From NCBI GenBank assembly GCA_965208105.1, contig OZ242318.1, forward strand, positions 832,001-896,000: a stretch of 64,000 nt of DNA. The letters are read 5' to 3'. The notes beneath the pieces are model-generated. The model saw nothing but the letters and a program-made list of their open reading frames with translations. It did not search any database and was not told the origin of the DNA. The translations under genes and the position numbers were made by a program. The stretch's first letter is position 1; every line of letters starts with the position of its first letter. Positions 19,597 through 27,367 of the stretch are shown here, one piece after another. The stretch is from Candidatus Latescibacterota bacterium (GTDB lineage: Bacteria > Latescibacterota > UBA2968 > UBA8231).

Positions 19597-21000
19597 TCAG
19601 GAGGCGCCATAGCCTTCCCAGAAGGCCTTGCCCCATTCGCTGCGGGCGTCGTCCCAGTCGTCCCGCCATCGATATAGCTGGTTCCTGAGCTCCTGAAGCC
19701 TGTCCGCATAGGACCCGTCGCCGGCCAGGTTGTGACATTCCTCCGGGTCCTCCGCCAGATCGAACAACTGCGTGGTACGCTGCCCGTTCACCACGTACTC
19801 GATCAGCTTGTAGCGCTCGTCCTTCACCATGCGCTGCCACTGGCGGTAGGCGCCGAACAGCGAATCCCGCGGACCCACGCCGGGACCTTCCAGCGCCGGG
19901 ACCAGGCTCGACCCTTGCACCGAAGCAGGCGTATCGATCCCGGTCAGTTCACACAGGGTGGGAAAGATGTCGAGCAGGTAGGCGCAGGCGTTGCGGCGGA
20001 CGCCGCGGGGCACGCCCGGTCCGGCGAAGACCAGGGGCACGCGCACGCTGTGCTCGTAGAGGTTCTGCTTGCCGAAGAGACCGTGCTGTCCCAGGGCCAG
20101 GCCGTTGTCTCCGGCGAAGACCACGATGGTGTCCTCCGCCCTGCCGCAGGCCTGGAGCGCATCCATCACCCGGCCCATCTGGGCGTCCACGTGGGTTATC
20201 ATGGCGTAGTACTCGGCGAGGTGCCGACGCACCTCGGCCGGGCCGCGCGGGAAGTCCTCGAGCAGTTCGTCGCGCCCCTTCAGATCGCCGTTGTCGAAGG
20301 GGTGGCCCCCCATGAAATTGCCCGGCAAGGGGATGTCCTCCGGATCGTAGAGGTCCAGGTACTCCCGGGGCATGGTGCGGGGATCGTGCGGCGCCAGGAA
20401 CGAGACGTAGATGAAGAAGGGGTCGCCGGAGTCGTAGCGCTGCAGCCACTCGACCGCGGCGTCTGCGAACAACTCGCTGGAATGCCTGCCCGCACTCAAG
20501 TGGTCCCCTTTGCGCAGCATCAATGCGTTGGAGCGCCGCGGGTCCACACACTGGGGCCAGGTGGCAGCATATCTACCTTCGGGGTCGTAGTCGAAGACAG
20601 GTACGTTCCAGTGGTCGGCCATTCCTCCGAAGAAAATCTCGCCCCCATCGCAGAAACTGCGGGTGAACGACGATATTCCGTTGTGCCATTTCCCCGTGCC
20701 CCATGTGCGATAGCCGTGTGCCCTCAGATGCTCTCCCATCAGCACGTGGTCCAGGGGGATATCCTCGCCGGCCCCGCGCAGGTGAAAGAGGGTGCGTCCG
20801 GTGTGCAGCATTGCCCGGCTGGGCATGCACACCGCCGCCGACGTGCCTCCCGGAATATGGGCGTGGGTGAAGGCAGTTCCCGCGGCCACCAGCCGGTCCA
20901 TGGTCGGGGTGATGACGCCCGGATTCCCCAGCGTCCGAATGGTGTCGAAGCGCTGGTCGTCGGTGAAGAAGAAGAGAATGTTGGGCGGTCTGCGGCTCAA
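19597..21000 (-). CDS. formylglycine-dependent sulfatase (choline-sulfatase-like)
   Basis: PNILFFFTDDQ, CMPSRAMLHTG (CxPxR), GKWH, APHDP, DNG, GKQNLYEHSVRVP; TTG start with GAGGAG RBS. Confidence 0.92.
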   Translation of the reverse strand: MSRRPPNILFFFTDDQRFDTIRTLGNPGVITPTMDRLVAAGTAFTHAHIPGGTSAAVCMPSRAMLHTGRTLFHLRGAGEDIPLDHVLMGEHLRAHGYRTWGTGKWHNGISSFTRSFCDGGEIFFGGMADHWNVPVFDYDPEGRYAATWPQCVDPRRSNALMLRKGDHLSAGRHSSELFADAAVEWLQRYDSGDPFFIYVSFLAPHDPRTMPREYLDLYDPEDIPLPGNFMGGHPFDNGDLKGRDELLEDFPRGPAEVRRHLAEYYAMITHVDAQMGRVMDALQACGRAEDTIVVFAGDNGLALGQHGLFGKQNLYEHSVRVPLVFAGPGVPRGVRRNACAYLLDIFPTLCELTGIDTPASVQGSSLVPALEGPGVGPRDSLFGAYRQWQRMVKDERYKLIEYVVNGQRTTQLFDLAEDPEECHNLAGDGSYADRLQELRNQLYRWRDDWDDARSEWGKAFWEGYGAS

Positions 21001-21082
21001 AATAACTCCTCAAGCATTTGCGATGTGGGGACTGGTTTTGCGGAGAGTTGGGGGTTGGTGGCTCGCTCAAAATCGCAATCTG

Positions 21083-21703
21083 TCAGTCCTTCTTGTCGCC
21101 GTAGGTCTCTCGGTAAATTTCCTGGAGAAGCCGCCCTTCGAACCTCCAGTGAGGGGTAGGAGCAACACTATGGTCAATTTCTAGGATATTTCGTGTTGCC
21201 CGGGTCAGCGACATCTCCTCTCCCCTGAACGTTACAAGCCTATCCCCGCTCACGGTCGCTTCCTCATCAGTCTTATCGGATACAAGCGTCGATCCGATCG
21301 GGATTCCCATCTCGACGAAATTCAGGTTTGGCCTGCGACTCTTAAACTTCTTCACCGCTTCGCGCTCCCCTGCTTCCAGTTTGTCGGTCTCCTTATTTAC
21401 CAGTGGAGTCACATCATCACCGGGCAACACTTTGAGGAGCGACTCGACTTGGTATGTTTCAATTTCAAAAAATTCCCTGTAGGGGTTTAACCGGTATGGC
21501 TCAAATGCCTTGTGGAGGGCCTTCTCAAATTCTTCTGCCTTTGAGTCGTCAGTTTGAGTTGCAATGGCACATTCAAACGGTAGCGGAACACCTGTAGTGT
21601 AGAGCTCATTCATTCTGACCTGGGGGTTCTCCCGTGTCGTTGTTCCGATTTTGACGACACCCGGCATAGCTGGGTTGGTCAGCACATACACGATTTTGGA
21701 CAT
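21083..21703 (-). CDS. GIY-YIG nuclease family protein (T5orf172 domain)
   Basis: IVYVLTNPAMPGVVKIG...TGVPLPF...REFF; visibly more AT-rich than its flanks. Confidence 0.85.
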   Translation of the reverse strand: MSKIVYVLTNPAMPGVVKIGTTTRENPQVRMNELYTTGVPLPFECAIATQTDDSKAEEFEKALHKAFEPYRLNPYREFFEIETYQVESLLKVLPGDDVTPLVNKETDKLEAGEREAVKKFKSRRPNLNFVEMGIPIGSTLVSDKTDEEATVSGDRLVTFRGEEMSLTRATRNILEIDHSVAPTPHWRFEGRLLQEIYRETYGDKKD

Positions 21704-22026
21704 GTAAGAATTTTCCTTAAGCGAAAAGACCTTGCGGTCGGTTGTTCAAGAGGTGTGATTCTGATGCTCCACAAGCCTGAAGGGCTAGGCAATGGCCTTG
21801 GGCCTGAGCAAATCGTCAGCGTTCATTTTAGGATAGTCGCGGACGGGATAGCGATTACCCGAGTGTCACGTAAAACTAACATAAAGACCTTTTTCAATTC
21901 TCCGTCAAGTTGTTAAACCCAGGCTCAGGGCGCCGGGACATCCTGATAGTGCAGGAGATTTCACCAGGACCGGGAATCAGAGTTTCTGAATTCTGACCAG
22001 GCTTAGTCCGGCCTCGCAAAACCCAA

Positions 22027-22525
22027 TCAGGCCTTTGCCCCCACCTGACTGAAGTCCAATAACGCGTTTATATATGCAGCAGCGGATTCACGCATGAGTC
22101 CAAGTCCCTCTTCGGAGATTGGACCCTGGTCTTCAGCCACACACAAGTCGGATAAAATGCGGACGCCGACGTAGTTGATCTCGTTGATCGCACAGACATC
22201 CACGATTGCCGCGGATTCCCAATTAACCGCTATGGCTCCGCTCTTTTGGGCGATTCTGTCTCGTTCTGCACGGTCGTAGATGTCCATATCGCCGCAGATC
22301 ACGGAAGATTGCCACAGCCTCGCCCCCCGAGTTATCTGATAGACAGGTTGCAAAGCTGCCGATGGAGACAGAAGAGGCATGGAAGACACGCGCTCTACCG
22401 GCATCCTGGTCGCTGCGGATATCCGGCCTGTTTGGGATATCGTGCTCCGAGACGCCGGTAGTTACGACCATATCGCCGATGCTTAGGGAATCTACCAGGC
22501 CACCCGCAAATCCAAACTCGAAAGC
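22027..22525 (-). pseudogene. MTA/SAH nucleosidase-like (PNP_UDP family) remnant, 5'-truncated and frameshifted
   Basis: FGFAGGLVDSLSIGDMVV..HD in one frame; ICGD...AVNWESAAIVDVC...VRILSD in another; no N-terminus found. Confidence 0.7.
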
Positions 22526-22636
22526 TGAAATTTTTCCCGCGAATCGGCGGGCGCACCAAGCCCTGCGGCCAGGCAAACGCCGACATGGCCATGGGCCGAG
22601 CTAGGCGAAACAGCGGAAGAATGGTCAGGCGTGTGA

Positions 22637-23410
22637 CTAGGCTTGCTCCTCGGGCGACTTGAAGAGGGAAATCCGGTTGCCGGCAATGTCGTTGAATATC
22701 GCCATGGAACCGAAGCCGCCGGGGATCTCACTGGGCTGCATCAGGGCGGTTGCGCCGAGGCTCACCGCCTTGTCGAGGTAAGCCTGCAGGTCGTCAACCT
22801 CGACCGCAACCGAAGGGGCGTTGGGGGGCATGCCTTCCATGTGCTGAAATATGCCGCCGCCGATGCCGTCCGGCGCCCTCTCTACGAGGCGGTAGGTCAT
22901 GCCGTTTCCCATGTCCACGGCATTTACCTGCCAGCCGAACATTTTGGTGTAGAAGTCTTCGAGCGCCGCGGCGTCGCTGCCGCCGAGCTCGAAATGGACT
23001 ACGCGGGGATGATCGGCCAATGGAGGCATCTCACCGTCCCAATCGGGGGGAAGCGAGTACAGGCCGATGGTGTTTTGGGCGGGATCCTGGAACATGGCGA
23101 TGGAGCCCATGCCGGGGGCAATCTCCATGGGCGGCAACACGCCGGCGCCACCCATGGCGGACAGCTTGTCCAGGGCCTCCTGAAGGTCGTTTACCTGGAT
23201 GTAGAAGGTCACGTAGCTGCGGACGGGCATGTCCTCGGTGGTTCCCATGATGCCGCCGCCGATCCCGCCCACGGTGGACTGCACCAGGCCGTAGTTGCCC
23301 ATCTCCTCGCCCTGTACCTGCACCTGCCAGCCGAAGAGGTCCTGGTAGAATTTCTGCAAGGCGGGACCGTCGGGGCCCCCGATTTCAAAGTGGACTACTG
23401 GATTTCCCAT
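22637..23410 (-). CDS. VOC/glyoxalase family protein, two tandem domains
   Basis: Repeated VVHFE(I/L)GG...FY..(L/M)FGW...GIGGGI...MA(M/I)FxD...N.I.L. Confidence 0.9.
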   Translation of the reverse strand: MGNPVVHFEIGGPDGPALQKFYQDLFGWQVQVQGEEMGNYGLVQSTVGGIGGGIMGTTEDMPVRSYVTFYIQVNDLQEALDKLSAMGGAGVLPPMEIAPGMGSIAMFQDPAQNTIGLYSLPPDWDGEMPPLADHPRVVHFELGGSDAAALEDFYTKMFGWQVNAVDMGNGMTYRLVERAPDGIGGGIFQHMEGMPPNAPSVAVEVDDLQAYLDKAVSLGATALMQPSEIPGGFGSMAIFNDIAGNRISLFKSPEEQA

Positions 23411-23545
23411 TGCTCCTCCTCAGGTTTATGGAAAGTCTGAGAAAATGGACCCAAACTCCAAAATTATCAATACAAAAATGGAGTTGGGTCCCGAATTATC
23501 AGATATCGGTCTGGTTGCCCCTGCAGCCTATTCTGCCCGTATCAG

Positions 23546-23582
23546 GATCAACCTGGAGACGTGGATTCCCTGTCCACTGCAC
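23546..23582. repeat. 37-bp direct repeat, copy A
   Basis: GATCAACCTGGAGACGTGGATTCCCTGTCCACTGCAC, 34/37 identical to 24277..24313. Confidence 0.85.
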
Positions 23583-23658
23583 GCGCCTCATCTACGGCAT
23601 ATCCAAGCACGCTTTTGACGGAATGTGCGAATGAGACACCCCTGCTCTGCCTGGAGCT

Positions 23659-24126
23659 TCAACTGGACATGGACCGCTCTAACGCGCGCCGCACCTCATC
23701 GGGCCTGACTCCCAATTCCTCCAGCAAGGGGCCGACAACGGGCCGCATCACCTTTCCCACCAGGGCGAGCAGCAGATGCTCGAAGCCCACTTCCCAGTTG
23801 CCCCGACTAAAAGCTTCTTCGTGCGGCAACTCGAGGACCCTTTTGACTGGGGCGGCAACGCGGGGCTGTTTGGCTGCTTTTTCGACGAAGGCAATCATTT
23901 TCGGCCAGCTCTCAAAGCCGTAATCGCGAGAAAGCGCGAATTGAGCCTCCTGCACCGTAATTCTGTTGTGCCAGCCCCCGTCACGGGGTTGACCGGCCAA
24001 GCGCGGAAGGTGCGCGCGCAGGAGCCTTCTGGCAGACTCCTGGCCGTCGTGACAGGCTTTCTGCAGTTGCCTTGCCTCTTTCTTGAGGTGCTCTTTGCTT
24101 GGTCGAAATGGAAGTGAACGGGACAT
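23659..24126 (-). CDS. small protein: LPxRPSxEHLKKxA...AQFALxRxYGFxSW helical domain plus Clp N-terminal repeat
   Basis: N-terminal MSRSLPFRPSKEHLKKEAR...EAQFALSRDYGFESWPKM; C-terminal VKRVLELPHEEA...GFEHLLLAL...LLEELGV (ClpN-like). Confidence 0.7.
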   Translation of the reverse strand: MSRSLPFRPSKEHLKKEARQLQKACHDGQESARRLLRAHLPRLAGQPRDGGWHNRITVQEAQFALSRDYGFESWPKMIAFVEKAAKQPRVAAPVKRVLELPHEEAFSRGNWEVGFEHLLLALVGKVMRPVVGPLLEELGVRPDEVRRALERSMSS

Positions 24127-24248
24127 AAGTACCCTCTTTCCGAAGTGCCGGATCGTCCGCCAGGACCGGCAGAAAGAAGGTGGATTGTACAGCGAGGTGG
24201 GGTGGGCTGTGCCCTGACCGCGAACGTGGGCGCTCCCCCGAAAGCACT
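24127..24248 (-). ncRNA. candidate structured cis-regulatory 5' leader
   Basis: Hairpins GGGC-ACA-GCCC (24204..24214) and UGCCGG...CCGGCA (24146..24171); loop GCGGAC (24155..24160) is complementary to upstream GUUCGC (24220..24225); lies directly 5' of SD AAAGAGG. Confidence 0.45.
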
Positions 24249-24254
24249 ATTCTA

Positions 24255-24282
24255 AATATACTAGAACAAAGTCTGCGATCAA
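24255..24282 (-). promoter_or_regulatory. sigma70-type promoter TTGATC-N16-TATATT
   Basis: Read directly; the same TATATT -10 occurs at 29636 and 35326. Confidence 0.55.
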
Positions 24283-24313
24283 CCTGGAGACGTAGATCCC
24301 CTGTCAACTGCAC
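24277..24313. repeat. 37-bp direct repeat, copy B
   Basis: GATCAACCTGGAGACGTAGATCCCCTGTCAACTGCAC. Confidence 0.85.
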
Positions 24314-24411
24314 CTGCTGTCCCCGGGCGAGAACAAGGCTTGGCAACCCGCTGAAGCACTCACTCGTGAGGTCTGTTGCCCATCAAATCCCAAAATAGCT
24401 ATTTTGAATCC

Positions 24412-24663
24412 ATGAAAAAGATTGCTGCAAGAGAGGCGAAGAATCGCTTCGGCCGATTGCTCGATGCCGCCCAAAGCGCACCTGTCTGCGTGACCAAGAA
24501 AGGCAGGGCAGTCGGGGTGGTTATGTCCATGGAGCAGTACCAACGGCTGCGGGGCGCCGCATGGGCGCGCTTGACGGCAACCATGGGCAGCCTAGGTGCC
24601 GAGGCGGCCTCAAAGGGATTAACCGAGGCCAAGCTCGAAGCGCTCCTGGCCGATGGGAGTTGA
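24412..24663 (+). CDS. Phd/YefM family antitoxin
   Basis: MKKIAAREAKNRFGRLLDAAQSAPVCVTKKGRAVGVVMS. Confidence 0.9.
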   Translation: MKKIAAREAKNRFGRLLDAAQSAPVCVTKKGRAVGVVMSMEQYQRLRGAAWARLTATMGSLGAEAASKGLTEAKLEALLADGS

Positions 24664-24860
24664 ACGCCTCGGGCGGTTGTGGACAGGATACAAAAGGCCA
24701 ACGGAGTCCTTTCTGTTCTCCGACGAGACCTTCGATGAGCTGCGGACCCGGCTCCAATATTCCAAATTTGACAAGTATGTCGGCCGCGATGGCCGCAGGT
24801 TGTACCTGTCTCAGCTCGAAGCCGCGAGCGCGGCGAAGTGGACGCCATCAAGTGTCGGAC
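24653..24860 (+). pseudogene. PIN-domain toxin remnant
   Basis: Overlaps the antitoxin stop; retains LFSDETFDELRTRLQYSKFDKYV but lacks the N-terminal DTNV and C-terminal CRDxDD..TGD catalytic motifs. Confidence 0.7.
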
Positions 24861-24912
24861 CCTTTCCGACACAGTCACATGCAGTCCTTCCAGGACAACT
24901 CCGCACGCTCCG

Positions 24913-25320
24913 TCATTTTTCCATTCTGTAGACGCCGATGCGAAAGCCGTACTCCTTGTAGAAGGCAACCGCGTCCTTGTTGTGGGCGAACACGTCCAAC
25001 CTGACCTTCTTGTCCGTCCACGCCTTCTCGTACAGCCAATCCAGCAACCGCGTAGCGATGCCCTTCCGGCGGTATGCTTTGCGTACGTACAATTGCCTCA
25101 TGTAGTAGTACGAACCCTCATCCCTGAACAAGCAGTAGGCGATGATGCGGCTGTTTTCTTTCACCAGGTAGCAGATGTATCCGCCTGCCAGCCATTCCTT
25201 CATCCGTCGGGTGAGCTGGGCAACGTCCATGGGATTGGGGTGCCGTTCGTCCTCGATGAGACCCTTGTTCAGCTCGGCGAGTCCTTCGACATCCACAAGC
25301 TCTGCTCTGACAATCTCCAT
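24913..25320 (-). CDS. GNAT family N-acetyltransferase
   Basis: LYVRKAYRRKGIATRLL, NKDAVAFYKEYGF. Confidence 0.88.
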   Translation of the reverse strand: MEIVRAELVDVEGLAELNKGLIEDERHPNPMDVAQLTRRMKEWLAGGYICYLVKENSRIIAYCLFRDEGSYYYMRQLYVRKAYRRKGIATRLLDWLYEKAWTDKKVRLDVFAHNKDAVAFYKEYGFRIGVYRMEK

Positions 25321-25479
25321 TTGAACGGGCCTCAAGCGCTTCGGCCGGCGCGTGGCAAGGAGGGTCAACCATATGTTGCGGGGCCATCTCGGTCAGTCGT
25401 CCATTCATCGCGCGCTGTTCGGGTGAGGTCCGACAATGCCCGGCGTTGATTGCCCGCGGAATCGAAGTTTTCCGGTGCC

Positions 25480-25618
25480 AGCCATGGCGCGCGGGATCCA
25501 CCGGTTCAACCCGGCAAGTTCTCCCATCCATCAGCGCTCGCGGCGGCGGCAATGCCGGGCGCCACTCCCCCAGGGGGGCACCCGGCGATCGACCGGGTTC
25601 CTTCAAATTTCCGCTCAT
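25480..25618 (-). pseudogene. N-terminal remnant of a RimJ/RimL-type GNAT
   Basis: PGAPLGEWRPALPPPRALMDGRTCRVEPVDPARH, after which similarity is lost. Confidence 0.55.
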
Positions 25619-25705
25619 TAACGCGCTCCGTGCCCTCCAATTGCAGCGGCCGCCGCCATACCTGCCAGGTTTCCGTCCCTCGCATTCATCCGCGAGTTCT
25701 GGAAT

Positions 25706-26449
25706 TCAGTCCCCACCGAGCCCTTCGGTATACCCGTTTTCCACCATAGCCTGGCGGAAGAAGTCGAACATATGCGGCAGGCGGTCCGTTCTCCAGCGTC
25801 CGACGGGATCGGGCCGCACGATTACCCGCCCCAGTTTCATCCCGAGGAAATCCTCCAGCCGCTCCAGGGACTCGCTTTGCCTGAGCACGAAGTCTTCGTA
25901 GCGCACCGTCAGCCAGTGCTCGGGTTTGGGGGTGGCCTGCACCAGGTCGTACTGGTATTTCCACGATATGGCCCGGCGTTCGCGCTCGTTGTCCGGGTGC
26001 GGATAGGCAATCCCGAAATCGCTCAGGTCGTCGGTCTTGTGGCGCCCGATGATGCAATCGCGCGGATCGCGGATCCAGTAGATGTACCGGGCCCGGGGAA
26101 AAAGACGGACGATCCAAGGAGAAACGAGCGTGGTCTCGGGCAATTTCCAGCCCCGGAGTCCTTCGTGTTCCAGTACGTCCTTTAAATAGGACTCGACCAG
26201 GGAGGTGAATTCCGCCGCCACGGGGCCCTGGTGCAATGCGCTGAAGTCCCAGTGCAAACCACCCTGCCACCGCACCTGCCTGGCCATGACCCGGCAGGCC
26301 TCGTACAAATCCTGCGCTGGAACCTTGTCCCCCGAGCGATTGATGGCGGCGCCCATGAAGACACCGCTGGCGTACAGGGTATGGGCGATGACCCTGGTGC
26401 CGGAATGACCCCGACCGATAATGGCAATCATCCCGCTTCCGTCAGACAT
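25706..26449 (-). CDS. sulfotransferase family protein
   Basis: IIGRGHSGT PAPS-binding loop, GWKLP, IRDPRD, VRYEDFV. Confidence 0.85.
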   Translation of the reverse strand: MSDGSGMIAIIGRGHSGTRVIAHTLYASGVFMGAAINRSGDKVPAQDLYEACRVMARQVRWQGGLHWDFSALHQGPVAAEFTSLVESYLKDVLEHEGLRGWKLPETTLVSPWIVRLFPRARYIYWIRDPRDCIIGRHKTDDLSDFGIAYPHPDNERERRAISWKYQYDLVQATPKPEHWLTVRYEDFVLRQSESLERLEDFLGMKLGRVIVRPDPVGRWRTDRLPHMFDFFRQAMVENGYTEGLGGD

Positions 26450-26690
26450 AACTTTCCCCGCCGCGCTCCGACCGATCGATCACTTCGCCAAGCCGCTACG
26501 CCTGACCTCTGCCGGATGAAACTGAAATTCCATATGCATCACCTATTCCCTCCAGCCAAGCTCGTGATGAGTTTGCCCGCCGCTGCATCGATGACGAGAT
26601 TTTCCCCGTGGTTGAACGATGGGCCTCTAAAGATAGAAAACGCCGATAAGCTCCGCCTCACTTCCTACATTCGGAGATAATTGGACCAAT

Positions 26691-27239
26691 ATGGATATGC
26701 CGGAATTCATCGATACAGAGAGATTGAAGCTCAGGCTGTTCAGTATCGAGGACGTCGAAGATGTTTTTTCGTACGCATCAGATCCGCAATGGGCGCGCTT
26801 TCTTCCGGTTCCGCAGCCATACACGAAAGCAGATGCTGAAGAATTTGTAGCAGGTCAAGTGTCCGGGGATCGCAAAACAGACGCGGTCTGGGCGATTGAA
26901 CACGCTGGATCGGTAATTGGTGGAGTCGGCATCAGATTTGATTTTGAAAACCGCGTCGGCGAAATGGGTTACAGCCTTGCCCGCCGCTTTTGGGGAAGAG
27001 GGTTGACCACCGAAGCTGTGGGTGCCGTTATCGACGCGGCGTTCTCGGCCTACCCGGAGTTGAATCGCATCCAGGCTTCCGCCGACCAGAGAAACGTCGG
27101 CTCCCTCCGGGTAATGGAGAAGCTCGGAATGGTCCGTGAAGGCGTCCTGCGCCAGGACAAATTCCTGAGGGGTGAATTCAGCAACTCGGTGTGGTGCGGT
27201 TTATTGCGCAGCGAATGGGAGGCAGGAACCAGGAAGTGA
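26691..27239 (+). CDS. RimJ/RimL family GNAT acetyltransferase
   Basis: IDTERLKLR, EMGYSLARRFWGRG, NVGSLRVMEKLGM. Confidence 0.9.
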   Translation: MDMPEFIDTERLKLRLFSIEDVEDVFSYASDPQWARFLPVPQPYTKADAEEFVAGQVSGDRKTDAVWAIEHAGSVIGGVGIRFDFENRVGEMGYSLARRFWGRGLTTEAVGAVIDAAFSAYPELNRIQASADQRNVGSLRVMEKLGMVREGVLRQDKFLRGEFSNSVWCGLLRSEWEAGTRK

Positions 27240-27367
27240 GCTCAAAAATGCCGCCGCCCGGGCTTTTGTTGCGGCGCCGGGAGCCTCCTGGGCCGCGCAT
27301 CACGAGCATTAGGCCGATGCCATGGCCGATGAGGTTGCACTTCATGGTGGGGAAGGCCAGGGCGGCC

